A DNA stretch of 64,000 nucleotides from Octopus sinensis (taxonomy: Eukaryota), in the NCBI RefSeq assembly GCF_006345805.1, contig NC_042999.1:36580001-36644000 (forward strand). The letters run 5' to 3'. The notes under the pieces were generated by a model. It was not told where the DNA came from. It saw only the letters and a list, made by a program, of their open reading frames with translations, and made no database searches. The position numbers were made by a program, and so were the translations under genes. Below are positions 25,095-38,104 of the stretch, piece after piece. How positions within the stretch are numbered: position 1 is the first letter of the stretch; the number at the start of each line of letters is the position of its first letter.

Positions 25095-25830
25095 GCAGTT
25101 GTCTGAAAATCTCATCACAGTATTATCTACCGATGAGACATGATGTAGCTAGGACACTCTGTAATGAAATCTGTCGGAAGGAAGGATAATCCCAAGGACA
25201 AAGAAATAAGAACCCACAGTATGGTAGAAGCCATTGTTACTCATAATAAAAAGGAATACTGGTGGAATGTACCAGTGAGGACCTCAATAAAATGTAAGCG
25301 CAACAGACATTATAGAATGATTTAGAATAAAGAAGAGAAACTGTGCATAGTTGTGATAATTAGCTGCCCAGCAAATGTTAACACAAAGCTGATGCTCAAT
25401 GTAAAGGAGAACACCTATGCTGAACTATTGAGAAATCTGCAGTTACTCTATCCACATTACAAGTTCAGGTTTATACCTGTAATTATTGGGGCCCTGGAAT
25501 ATGTAACACTCAGCCTAAATACCAATCTTGAGAAGTTAGGCTTCTCAAAACCAGAAAGGAGAAAGCTAATTTGAAGACAACAGATCCAATCCATCACTGG
25601 AATTGTAAAAATCTGTAAAACTTTCTTGAAGTTTATCATTTAAATATATATGAACATGTCTAGATATGCAACTATATGCATGAGCATACATACATAAAAC
25701 ATACAAATCTGCACTTACATACATACATGCACACAAACAAAACTACCTTGTTGTTGATGTTGAAATTCCAATGAAGGTTAGAAACCAGTTCTTTCTCTAT
25801 TGGCAAGAAATCTTGAAATAAACTGAATAA
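25095..25830 (+). mobile_element. RLE-type (R4/Dong-like) LINE 3' end relic with restriction-like endonuclease region
   Basis: SCLKISSQYYLPMRHDVARTL...EYWWNVPV...IISCPANVN.K....KENTYAELLRNLQLLYPHYKFRFIPVIIGAL. The stop at 25641-25643 is followed by a 3'UTR. Confidence 0.8.
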
Positions 25831-26628
25831 TGACATACATGGCGGTGCCCCAGCATGGCTACGGCTCGTGAGCTGAAACTAGATAATATAATATAATATA
25901 ATATACATACATATTCATTCATACACAACTGGAATCTTTCAGTTTCCATTGACCAAATCCATTCACAAGGCTTTGAACAGCTCTGGGCTATAGTAGAAGG
26001 CACTTGCCCAATGTGTCACGCAGTGAAATTGAACCTAGAACCATGTGGCTGGAAAGCAAACTTCTTACCAAACAACCACATGCTTAAAATGCAGTTATAT
26101 TTTTTCTTTATAAAATCATGATCCACATAGTTGAAGGTATTACAATGCTTTAACAACTGCACTAATTATGCAACAACTAGCTTATGATGAAGGAGGGAAC
26201 CCTCTAAGTGATAACCTACTAGAAATAGCAGACATATCCCTCTCAAACTGTCACTAAGGTAGAATAGTTAGGTCCAGAACACTTTGATCATAGGTCGGCT
26301 TGATTGGAGTTGACTTGAAACTAAAAAAACTTCAGCAATATCATCATCAGCATCAGCATCATTTAACATCCTCTTCTCATGTGACATGGGGTGGTCGGTT
26401 TCTAGCAAGTTAGAGAATTGTACCAAGCTCTAGTGTCTGCTTTGGTATGGTTTTTACAGAATGTGTTGCATGCTTTTAATGTTGGCACCAGCAAGGTTGT
26501 AAAAAGTGCCCAGTACACCCAATTATAATTAATAAACATACCACAATTTTATTTTAATATTGGCATTAATTAACTTATTCTTTTTACTTAATTATTTGTT
26601 AATGTTTTATTTGCATTTTTTATTACAG

Positions 26629-26733
26629 ATAGGATCGTTAACAGATAAATATCTGTTTGAACATTCTGGAATAGCAAAACGATCTTTATCACCAAGTCAC
26701 ACGCACCTACAAAAATTATCAAAAGACCAAAAT
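26629..26733 (+). CDS. FURIN: Furin-like proprotein convertase, propeptide exon (IGSLTDKYLFEHSGIAKRSLSPSHTHLQKLSKDQN)
   Basis: Acceptor ttttttattacAG, donor GTgagt, 105 nt, phase 0-0. The peptide matches the furin prodomain (human recalled as ..YHFWHRGVTKRSLSPHRPRHSRLQREPQ) and joins in frame to the next exon. Confidence 0.9.
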
Positions 26734-27092
26734 GTGAGTAACCACTTATTCTCCGTTCTTTCTTCCTTATTTTCAAACAACAACAAAATATAATAAATAC
26801 TATTTTTGTTGTTGTTTGACTTCGTTACATTTGGCATAAATACGCTTTTAGCTTAACTGTTGTTGACTTTCACTTCCTTATTTGTAACCTCTATGAACTT
26901 TTAACAACTTCACTCTCTTAACTAATTGTTTTATCTCTTAAGGGCAGTAGATATTTTAAGGATAAGCTTAGTAGAACTTGAGGCAAAATACTTTGTAGTG
27001 ATTGCTTGCATCCTTTTGAGGTCACTAAAGCAAGAACCAGTCTATATACAAGAATTTAGGTCAATGAGTCTTTGAAGATAAACATCAATTAA

Positions 27093-27608
27093 CCCTTTAG
27101 CATTCATATTTTTCTGTCAAATGTAACTCTTATTTATTCACAGTATTTTGAATTATTCATGCATTATCTCAAGAGATTTTGACGATGTGATTGTTATCTC
27201 CACCTTAGCCAAGGCGGTGGTATTGTTTTCAGTCACATTTGTTTGTTTGTCTGTCTGTAGACAAGATATCTCAAGAACCGCTGGATGGATTCAGATGAAA
27301 CTTTCCAGGATGTTTGGCCTCATGACTAGTGAAAACTAATCAGATTTTAGGATTGATCTAGTACTGGACAGACAAGGATTCTGGATTATTTTTACTGTTT
27401 TTTTTTACTTAATGTTTGAGAGCAGTCGGGTTCATTTTAAGTATTCTAGTTTGTGAGAGCAGTTGAGTTTATTTCAGATATTTTCATTTTAAAAATCATC
27501 TCTGGCTAATTGTTGAGAGGACATTGGTGTTGCCTTGGCAGAGGTTTGCACTCCCTGAGTGCTCTTGTTTATTTTTAGAATGACATTGGGCCAGATAATG
27601 CTAAAGGA
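27093..27608. mobile_element. piggyBac-type MITE (second family) interrupted by a HINE
   Basis: TTAA|ccctttagcatt ... aatgctaaagga|TTAA; an uninterrupted relative lies at 59431-59657. Confidence 0.75.
27194..27569 (+). mobile_element. Helentron-associated (DINE-1/HINE-like) non-autonomous element
   Basis: 5' ttatctccacc..ccaaggcgg, a gtttgtttgtctgtctgt microsatellite, and 3' ccttggcagaggtttgcactc..gagtgc subterminal repeat plus hairpin; inserted in a T-run. Confidence 0.65.
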
Positions 27609-27842
27609 TTAACACCAGTTACTTCAGTTAGCTCAAAGAAGGTACTGTAGGGTGGTCTTGACTAAGAGAAGCTAAAGAACCAAGGATTAATGCTGCTACC
27701 CCAATTATTTTAATATTAGTTACCTCACTAGTGATTTCACTAGTCTATTGAAATTAATATAAAATTGGTAATCTCTCATTACTAACTTCATATTAATTTC
27801 CTCACTCTCTGATTATTATCATCATATTACTAATAACTCCAA

Positions 27843-28052
27843 GGCAGCAAGCTAACAGAATCATTAGCATGCCAGGACAGATGCTTAGCAGCCTTTTGTC
27901 CATCTGCATGTTCAGATTCTGCTGAGGTCGACTTAGCCATTCATCCTTTCAGGGTTGATATAATAAGTGCCAGTGGAGTACTGGGGTTGATGTAATTGAC
28001 TATCCTTCTCCCCTAAAATTTCTGGCCTCATGCCCATAGTAGAAAGGATATT
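27843..28052 (+). mobile_element. Second tRNA-derived SINE family
   Basis: ggcagcaagctaacagaatcattagcatgcc...gaggtcgacttagccattcatcctttcagggttgat..ataagtgccagt; a reverse-orientation relative lies near 53380-53570. Confidence 0.6.
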
Positions 28053-28713
28053 ACTAACTCCCATAATCTGTTGCTACTTCATTGTCATCATCATAATCAT
28101 TTCAATGTCTAGTTTTCGATTTCTGCATGGATTGGACAGAATTTGTTGAGGTAGATTTTCTATGCATGGATGGCCTTTCTATTGTCAACTCTCTCCTGTT
28201 TCCAAGTAAAGTAATATTTCCCCATGACCAAACATGCACAGACACACATATACATGTGCATGTGTATGTATGATATGTTTGCATGTGTGTTTGTGTATAC
28301 CTGTATACTCTTATCTTGACATCATGTGTTAGTTGTAAACAAGCAACACATCATACATTGTGACATTGTTTACTTCTAGTCTCCTGTGGAAAGCATGACT
28401 GGCTATGGGAAGTATCAATTTGCCTGGAAACAAAGGAAGGTTGGTGACAGGAAGGATCTCTGGTCCAGGGATAACTTTCTTCCTTCTTCCCATCAGAGGC
28501 ATTGAAAAGGATCATCGGTGCTGCCCTTCCACCACCTCTGCAGTCATGAAAAAGAATTGAAACAATCTTCCCAGTGCTACTAAAATCATTTAAAAGTATT
28601 CTCCCTGTGATGAAAGGCTTTACTCAAAATATCAGGATTCTTGGTGCTTTTCCAGTATTACCTCCATACTGCATACATAGACTGCCTTCTTTTCTTTGGC
28701 TCTTTTGACATAA

Positions 28714-29109
28714 TCTTTATATATAAAAGTCAAGTTGTGTGTCTGTCTCCTACGATTTAGATTCCTAACTACTCCCACATTTTGCGGTGCAGTTTAACCA
28801 AAACCAGGTATCTTATAGTCGTGATTCACATCGAGCCCTTCTGGGTATTAGCGCGCGTCTACGATGAGTCTACGATTTAAAAAAATATTTACCAATTTTT
28901 TCCATTTTAATGCATTTTTTCACTATTATATAAGGGAAGTAACTCTCTAAAAATGTCTACGATGAGTCAACGATTTAAAAAAAAATTTACCATCATTTTT
29001 TTCCCCATTTTTAATGCATTTTTTTGCTATTTTTTGGCTATACCTCTCTAAAAATGCTTATATAGTTATTTCCCTTACAAACCCGAGCAACGTCGGGCGA
29101 TACTGCTCG
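28714..29109 (+). mobile_element. Non-autonomous Helitron (about 400 bp)
   Basis: A|TCTTTATATATAAAAG start, cccgagcaacgtcggg hairpin, tactgCTCG|T end; sister copy at 42579-42971. Confidence 0.8.
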
Positions 29110-32100
29110 TTAGATATAAACACATTTCGAAATAAGATAATTTGAGAATGGAGTGGAGTGAACGATGTGATTGCTGAATACTGAAAGCACAAGTTCTGCT
29201 GGGCTAGACATGTTGCAAGGTTATCATAGACAACAGGTAGATCTGTGCAGTTGCCAAGTAGTATCCAAGAAATCAGAAAAGTCCACTTGGAAAGCCTTTA
29301 CGATGATAGTTAAGCAAGTTGGGTCAAGATAGAAAAGAGTGGTGCAATTAAGACAGAATTGAAACTGCATTGTGACCAGTGGTGTATAACAGTATCTGAT
29401 GGTCTGGTCAATACCTTGATGTGTGTAAATACAAGAAATTAAAAATGCCATGTTTTTTTCTTTTTTTTCAAATGTTCCATCCTCTCATTCTCCTTTTCAT
29501 ACTATCTTGCAAACTCACACTCAATTTGTGCTTTGTGGAATCACCAGCCCCCTTCCTCCATTGCCATTATTTTGTGTAGCTCCTACTGAACATTTTTTTC
29601 TCTCTCTTTCCCTTTCCCCTACTAGGTGTTAGTAGCCATTGAGATACTTCAACAAGACCCTGTTCTGTCCCTCCCTTTCTTATTGTAACCCCCTCACTCT
29701 CTTGCATGAAGCCCTCCCCCCTCCTCGAGTTTTTAGTTCTGCAAACTACGTGGCAGCATCAATAGTGCAGGTGGCAGGTAAAAGCACCCATTTCATGCTT
29801 ATAGGGGTTAGTGTTAGGAAGGGTGTCCAGCTGTAGAAACCATGCCAAAGCAGACATTGGAACATTTTGAAGTCCTTGGAGACATCAGATCCTGTGGAAC
29901 TGTCAAACCCATGTCAGCATGGAACATGGACATAAAATAATGATGATCCTCCTGTGGTGACCCTGCCATTTAAAAAGCATCCAGTCCACACTGTAAAGTG
30001 ATTGGCATTTGGAAGGGCATCCAGCTGTAAAACCATGCCAAAACAGACACTGAAGTCTGGTGCAGACTCCCTGCCTTGCCAGCTCCTGTCAATCTGTCTG
30101 GCCTATGCCAGCATGGAAGGGTTAAATGATGATGACGATGATAACCAACTGTGACCATCTTATCTTTTTTTTAGAAGAGTTCTGCCATGACCATTCTGCA
30201 TCCCAAGCATCAGCATCTTGTCTTTTCTTAGCCAAAATTCACTTCATGTCACACCACCATCATTTAACATCCATTTTCCATGATGGCATAGGCTGGACAG
30301 TTTAACAGAATTCAGTTATCTGCAGAGCTACATCATACTCCATGTCAGCTTCGACATGGTTTTGGTGGCTAGATCCCTTTCCTAATGCCAACCACTTTAC
30401 AGCGTGTATTGCTTGCCTATTTTTATGCTACTGGCACTACTAGTGAGGTTGTCAAGTAACTTGCACAACAGAAGAAAAACAAGAAATAAGAAAATGGGAA
30501 AAACACAAAAAAATGGCAGGGAATTTTTTCTTTTAGGACATTAAGCATAATTTAAGGGAGATTTCATTTCTGTCTCTTTCTGGTTGAATCACTCAGTAAA
30601 TGTCCCTCTTAACTAATAGTTGTAGGTGTTGTAGTTGAATCCCAGATTAGTCCTAACAAGCAGATCTATGATCAGAAGTGTTCCAACTAGGATCACTCTG
30701 TTATCTTAGGGTTATGTAGGACTATGTTATGCACTGTATCTGTCTATTTTTCAAGAAGGCAGAGTGTGATTCAAGAGAGGTTAGGCTGCTAATTCTAGCT
30801 GGCCAAGTGACCATATAGAGGTCTTCGATGAATCTGGAGGAAGATATTCTAATATACTGTTCAAGCAATTTTCTCTGATCAATTCATTTTTATGTCATCC
30901 TATAATTTAGTTTCTGAGAGAGAGATAGAAACATATGCTTGCTATAGTGAGCAGGTTTAGCAAATACAGAGAAGCACACTCAAAGATTGAATTTATTTTG
31001 CTGCACGGTCATCATCATCATCATCATTTAAATATTCACTTTTCCATGCATGAATCACACTAAATTCTCAGGACAGGTTTTTTTATGGCTGGATGCTCTT
31101 CCTATCACAACCATCACCTGTTCCCTCTGTTTGATCAATGAGCATTTCAGTGGCTAGACATGTTTTCACAGAACATTACAAACAAATGATACCATTTCTA
31201 TGAATTATGACTTTGTTTACTGTAAGCATACATATGTCAAAACAAGGAAACACAAACATGTGTATGTGTTCATTCCCATTGTGTGGTATCTTGGGCATGT
31301 GTATTTTACTATAACCCCTGGTTGACCAAAGCCTTGTGAGTGGATTTAGTTGATGAAAACTAAAAGAAGGACAAGTGTGCATGTGTGTGTGGGTATGCAT
31401 GTGTGTGTTTTCATATCTACTTGTCTGACATTGAGCACTGTCACGCAAGTGGTGATGTGTGTTTTCAATATCTTCTGTGAAAAAACACCAGGCATTGTGT
31501 TGTTTTGAGTTTGAAGAACTAGGAGAGATATTACTTTTCTCGGAAGCAGATATGGGTTGGCAACAGGAAGAGCATTCAGCTATAGAAGATCTACATCAAT
31601 GAATTTCATCTGAGCCATGCCAGTTTGGAAAAAGAAAATACATTAAAATGATCACAATGATGATGGTGATATAGTTTCCATTTACAAAATTCACTCATAA
31701 GACATTAATTGGTCTGGGTTTAAGTAGAAGTCATATTTCTAAGATGCCATGCAGTGAGACTGAACCCAAAAGTGTCTGGCTGCAAAGTAAACTGTTTAAC
31801 TATGACCATTGTTTGTATTACTTCTTTAGGCAAGGTAGATTATCTCACTAGACACCAGACATAACTCTGATACTGTAATTGTTTACTTAAAAGCAAATAA
31901 TTAAATAGTTTTTAATATTTTCTTTTATTGTTTAAAATGTTTTTCCCCCCATATTTAAGACGGTTATGTAAGAGAAACACTAGAATACTAGAACAAATGA
32001 CCTTTACAGTATTTAGTTACAGCTCTCACAATTCTAAATTCTAACACTGCCAAGGTCAGTTTTGCCTATAATTCTTCCAGTATTGACATTGACTCAATCC

Positions 32101-32254
32101 CTGGAGCTCCACCTGCAAATTGTGATACAAGAAATAATGCTTTGTGTTATTTTTTAATTGATGTTTGTTACTGGTGCAAAGTTCAAGAATGATATGGTAG
32201 TGGAGCAGTGAAATTCACAGTGCCATAAGTGCAAATAAAAAGATTATAATAAAA

Positions 32255-34015
32255 CTGGCATGGAAGGACTGGAAGAATAGGGGTAGCAGAGAACTATACC
32301 AGGTAGCTAGAAGATAAACTAGGTGACAGGTGTATATTACTAAGGAAGGAGTTTGCCAATGTTCTGCAGCATGAGGTGTTCTGGATTGCAGAACACTGTG
32401 TCAGAGAAAATCGTGATGTAAGAGAGAAATGTATTCAAATGGCTGATGGTACCCTTGCATTTAGTGACTATGAAAAGAAAGAGGCATGGAAGTGTCACTA
32501 TGAAAGGCTATGTGGAGATTGCATTGTGGACCCAACAGAAGGATAAGGCAATTTAAGATATGAAATCAGGGAAAGCTCCTGGCTCATCAGAATTACTGCC
32601 GAGATGCTTAAAATATCTGGTAGAGTAGGTTATGGCTTAGTCACCTTTACAGTTAATCAGGTCATCTAGAAAAGGATCATAGATAATGACTGATGTAGCA
32701 GCATCAGAGTCAACTTCTACAAAAGTAAAGATGATGCCTAAGACAGAAGTAATTAAAGGCATCACATAGCTAGACCAGGTCATGAATGTCACAGAAAGGG
32801 TCATAGGTCTACTAATTAGGAAGAGAGTTAACTTAGATGAAATGCAGTTTGTTTTTGTGCCAGGGAGAAGTATTACCAGTGTTAACCTTCCTAGTAAAGC
32901 AACTGCAGGAGAAGCATTTTGCCAAAAATATACTACTGTACTTGGCATTTGTTGATATTGAGAAAGCCTTTGACAGGGTACCTCACTCCCTCACTCGGTA
33001 GTCATTGTGGAAGCTATGAGTAGATGAGTGGCAGGTGAAAGCCATCCCAACCATGTACAGGGATGCTGTTAGTAAAGTAAAGGTCAGCTATGAATATAGC
33101 AACAAATTTAGTGTGTAAGTAGGAGTTCACCAAGGCTCAGTTCTCAGCCCCTTCTTGTTTATCATAATCCTCCAGGCTGTTAGATGAATTTAAAACTGGT
33201 TGTCTATAGGAGCTTCTTTATGCTGATGACCTTATTTTTATAGCTGAATCTATTGGAGAATTAGAAATGAAATTTCAGGTGTGGAAGCAAGGCTTGAGAT
33301 TAAACGCCCTTAGAGTTAATTCAGCGAAGACCAGAGTACTAATCAGTAGGAAAGCAGAAAAATTATTAATCCTTTCAGGGAAATGGCCCTGTATGATATG
33401 TAGAAAAAGTGTAGATAGAAATCCCAAATGGTGTGCTCGGTGCAAGCTATGGACACATAAGAGGTGCAGTGGAATCAGAGGAATATTAACAGAGAAAGTA
33501 GTCTGTGTGGAAGATGTGCAGGAACTATGAACACTAATAACACAGAGGAAATAGATTTCCTCCTCTCCTGTCTCCAAGGGGATTGTTAGAGGTAGTAAAT
33601 AGTTTCTGTTACCTAGGTGACCAAATAAGCAGTGGGGGAGGATGCTCTGATAGCATAGTTGCTAGAATTAGAACTGGTAGGGCAAAGTTCAGCAACTTTT
33701 CATCTTTGTTAGTAACAAGAACCTCTCAGAGTGAAAGGCAGATTGTACAGTGCTTGTGTATAAATAGCTATGCAAAATTATAGTGAAACATGGGCTGTGA
33801 CTGCGGAGGACATGTGAAGGCTTGAAAGAAATGAAGTCAGCATACTTTGCTGGATGTGCAGTGTCAGTATGCATGTGTGACAAAGTTTTAATGTGTTGAG
33901 AGAAAAATTGGATATAAAAGGTATCAGGTGTAGTGTGCAAGAAGAGAAAACTGTGCTGGTATGGTCATGTGATGAATATAGAGGAAGACAACTGCATAAA
34001 GAAGTGCTGTAAAGT
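32255..34015 (+). pseudogene. Old, heavily decayed copy of the RTE LINE RT region
   Basis: Colinear with 46300-48170 (AWKDWKNRGSRELYQ, EKAFDRVP, GVHQGSVLSPFLF, LLYADDL, CMICRKSV..C..C.LWTHKRCSG, VNSFCYLGD), with many stops. Confidence 0.9.
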
Positions 34016-34044
34016 GGTTAGCATTAGGAATGGTATCTAGCCAT

Positions 34045-34899
34045 AGAAATGGATGCGTGCGTTTCCATTTCTAAGTAAGATTGTTCTTAATATTAATAAT
34101 GATGCGCACTCTTAACCTCTCTCTCCCCTTCCCTTTCTCAGCCTTCATTCTTTCGGGTTTCCTTTTCTTCTACCTTACTGTCTCTCCCGCTCTCTCTCTC
34201 TCTCATTCTTCATTTTTTTCTGGTTTTCTCTACAACCATTCCATTTTTTCTCTCCCTTTCTCTTGCTCCTCCTCCTCCCTCCCGCGACAAGAGCTCTGCT
34301 ACTGTCTTTCTTACCTGGCTTCCTTCAAGTGTAACCGGCATTTCTGTGGCTCCTTCGCCGTTCTCAAAAACAGCATTCATAATATTTTATCTTGTTCGGC
34401 TTAACAGCCCTTCTTGTCTGTGTTACTGTTATTCTCCTTGTCCTGTCTTTTACTGTTTATATATTGTACTGTCGTTACTGTCCTGTTTTTGTTACCATTT
34501 TTACCCTCCGCAAAAAAATCTCAAATTTTATTTAATTTGCTTTTTGCGAGAAGGAATGTTTCATTAAAGTCATGTCTCGCCTTGACCTTCGAAACGTGGA
34601 GTAGATGAAACAAAGGCGACTGAAGAAGGGGAAATTTCCTTGTATTGTATGTCTTGTACTCTATTATTTCGTTGTCTAAGAAAAATGTCCATTTCCTTGG
34701 TTTTGTGTTTATGCTTTCGTTTCTCATTGTGTTCGACGTTTTTTTGGCGTTCTGTACCCATATATGCATGTATATATACATGTAGAGGTAGGTACGTACA
34801 TATATGTATGTATATATGCATATGTTTTATTTCATTTATTAATTTATTATATGACGGAACGCATGCATCCATTTCTGAGTAAGATTGTTCTTAATATTA
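34045..34899. repeat. Unclassified element with a 32-bp terminal direct repeat and an inverted end (Penelope-like geometry)
   Basis: tccatttct.agtaagattgttcttaatatta at 34064 and 34868, with a hairpin tagaaatgga...tccatttcta at the left end. The internal 34578-34790 recurs at 45606-45775. Confidence 0.5.
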
Positions 34900-34904
34900 T
34901 ATAT

Positions 34905-34919
34905 ATACATGTGCATAGA

Positions 34920-34956
<37 letters not shown>

Positions 34957-35424
34957 GCATAGATGTATATAAGTATATGCATATATATATATATAGATAG
35001 ATAGATAGATATATATATATATGTGTATATATATATAGATATATATGTGTGTATATATATATAGATATATATATGTGTATATATATATAGATATATATAT
35101 GTGTATATATATATAGATATATATGTGTATATATATATATATGCATATATATATATAGATATATGTGTATATATATAGATATATATGTGTATATATATAG
35201 ATATATATGTGTATAGATATATATGTGTATATATATATAGATATATATGTGTATATATATATAGATATATGTGTATATATAGATAAATATGTGTATATAT
35301 ATAGATATATGTGTTAATATATATGCATATATATGTGTATGTATATATATATATATTATATGTGTGTATCTATATATATATATGTGTGTTGTAACCCATG
35401 CTAGCATGGAAAGCGGACGTTAAA

Positions 35425-35467
<43 letters not shown>

Positions 35468-35480
35468 ATATATGTGTATG

Positions 35481-35521
<41 letters not shown>

Positions 35522-35529
35522 TGTGTATG

Positions 35530-35578
<49 letters not shown>

Positions 35579-35581
35579 ATG

Positions 35582-35635
<54 letters not shown>

Positions 35636-35694
35636 GTTATATATATATATGCATGTATATATATATATGCATATATATATATATGTGTATGTAT

Positions 35695-35736
<42 letters not shown>

Positions 35737-35915
35737 GCATGTATATATATATATGCAATATATATGCATGTATATATATATATGCATATATATTATATAT
35801 GTGTATGCATGTATATATATATATGCATATATATATATATGTGTATGCATGTATATATATATATATATGTATATGCATGTATATATATATATGCATATAT
35901 ATATATATATATGTT
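34905..35915. repeat. About 1-kb (TA)n/(TAGA)/(TATG) microsatellite
   Basis: Directly visible; a 36-nt RTE tail is embedded at 35393-35428. Confidence 0.95.
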
Positions 35916-36161
35916 TGTTATTATTTGAGTGAATGCCACACATCCATTTCCAAGTATATATACTATATAGTTTTATAATATATCTACTGAAAGACAATCT
36001 CTGATTGGCTATTACACTTCAAAACTTTGATTTCATTAGGCCAGTCGATTGGCCTCAAAGTCTTTTCAGCTTGTATCACTTGGGCCAATCAATTGGCCTG
36101 GGTGTCCCAAGAGAGTTAAGATGCATAATTTAATATGCATAATTTCATTCATATTTTGCAG

Positions 36162-36260
36162 GTAATATGGTTCGAACAACAAATTGCCAAACGACGCACA
36201 AAACGGGATTTTGCAGTAGAGAAAGTTAATGACCCTTTCTTCCCGAAACAGTGGTACTTT
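36162..36260 (+). CDS. FURIN: Furin-like exon with propeptide cleavage site (VIWFEQQIAKRRTKR|DFAVEKVNDPFFPKQWYF)
   Basis: Acceptor atattttgcAG, donor GTaagt, 99 nt, phase 0-0. WxEQQxAKRRTKR is the furin autoactivation site and is followed by the DP.FP.QWY motif. Confidence 0.96.
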
Positions 36261-37111
36261 GTAAGTAAATAACCTTTTCCCTTAAAACTATCAAAGAATG
36301 GTTAAGCTACAGTGAACTTATATAAAATGTTGCTGTCTCTTAGAATCAAGTATAACTTGGGGTATCATGGATTCCTTAATTTTTTTTAGATGCCTGTGTA
36401 GTCATGAACAAACACAGACACCCTCTCAGCCCCCTCAACTCTTGATCCAGCAAAACATTAAAGATGTGACACCTGGAGGGAAGCACTGAACCAATATTAG
36501 GCTGGCACTATATATTTTTTTTTTTTCTTAGCTTGATAGAGTAATATGAAACGAAGTGCTTTGATTTAAGAATATGACACACTATCTGGTTCAGAAATCG
36601 AACCCATGACTTTATAATCATGAGCCCAATACCACCAGGCCACCTCTCTCCCTCTCTCTCTCATTCACACATACACACATATAATCTTTTGGTTGTTTCA
36701 GTCATTGGACTGCAGCCATGCTGGGGCACTGACTACATTGATAGGTTTAGCTGAACAAATTGACTCCAGTATATATTTTAAATGTAGTACTTATTCTATC
36801 GAACACTTTTATTGAACTGCAAGGTTACAGTGACATAAACAAACCAACACTGGTTGTCAAGCAGTGGGGTCAAACATAGACAGACATACACATGCGCACA
36901 CACACACACACACACACGAACACACACACAAACACACATATATACAGGACAGACTTCCACACAGTTTCTATCTAGCAAATCAATTCACATGCAGTTGGTC
37001 AACCCAGGGCTATAGTAAGAGACGCCCAGTATGTCATGCAGGTGGACTGAAACTGAGACTGTGTGGTTGCACACCAAATCTCTTAACCACACAGCTTCAT
37101 TTATATATATA

Positions 37112-37514
37112 CTCTTTTACTCGTTTCAGTCAAATGACTGCAGCCATACTGGAACACCACCTTTAATTGAGCAACTCGATCCCGGGACTTATTCTTTTTT
37201 TTGTAAGCCCAGTACTTATTCTATCGGTTCTTTTGCCGAACTGCTAAGTAACGGGGACATAAACACACCACCATCGGTTGTCAAGCAATGCTAGGGGGAC
37301 AAACACAGACACACAAACACACACGCATATATATATATATATACATATATACGATGGGCTTCTTTAAGTTTCCATCTACCAAATCCACTCACAAGGCTTT
37401 GGTTGGCCCGAGGCTATAGTAGAAGACACTTGCCCATGGTGTCACACAGTGGGACTGAACCCGGAACCATGTGGTTGGTAAACAAGCTACTTACCACACA
37501 GCCACTCCTGCGCC
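37112..37514 (-). mobile_element. tRNA-derived SINE, full length
   Basis: Reverse complement of the head ggcgcaggagtggctgtgtggtaagtagc (A box) ... ggttcagtcccact (B box) and of the tail gactgaaac.agtaaaagag. Confidence 0.9.
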
Positions 37515-37527
37515 TATATTATATATA

Positions 37528-37565
<38 letters not shown>

Positions 37566-37567
<2 letters not shown>

Positions 37568-37984
37568 TCACATCATCGTTTAACGTCCGTTTTCCGCGCT
37601 AGCACGGGTTGGACGGTTTCGACCGGGGTCTGGGGAGCTAGGGACTGCCCCAGGCTCCAGTCTAGTCTGGCAGTGTTTCTACCAGCTGGATGCCCTTCCT
37701 AACGCCAACCACTCCGCGAGTGTAGTGGGTGTTTTTTACGTGCCACCTGCACAGGTGCCAGAGGGGTCTGGCATCGGCCACGTTCGGATGGTCCTTTTTA
37801 TGTGGGGGTGGGTGCAGAAATATAGGGGAGCACCAGTGGGGAGGGGTGGTTCAGAGAAATGATGACAGGTTCTAGGCAAGTAGAAGTAGGATATCAAGAG
37901 GGTAATGCATGGTGAAATAGCGTATTGAGGAGGGGGGTTCGAAGAGTAGACACCTATAATGGTGGTGGGAGAAACAACATCCGG
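37566..37984 (-). mobile_element. Internally deleted RTE derivative (5'UTR-like part joined to the 3' tail)
   Basis: 37566-37790 is the RTE tail; 37808-37870 (atataggggagcaccagtgggga...gatgacagg) matches RTE 5' region 49474-49535. Confidence 0.6.
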
Positions 37985-38051
37985 TATATATATATATATA
38001 TATATATACATATGCATACATACATCATCATCATCGTTTAACGTCCGTTCT

Positions 38052-38104
<53 letters not shown>

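Noticed and set aside
1-26628. First coding exon of furin (signal peptide, WAV...G.NLGQ)
   Set aside because: No matching peptide with a suitable donor was found by eye; candidates at 1650 and 22137 did not translate into furin-like sequence. The exon is probably upstream of the window.
34575-34645. Type-II hammerhead from ccttcGAAAc...CTGAAGAagg
   Set aside because: Stems I and III cannot be formed, the core would lack two bases, and the sister copy at 45606 does not keep CTGA.
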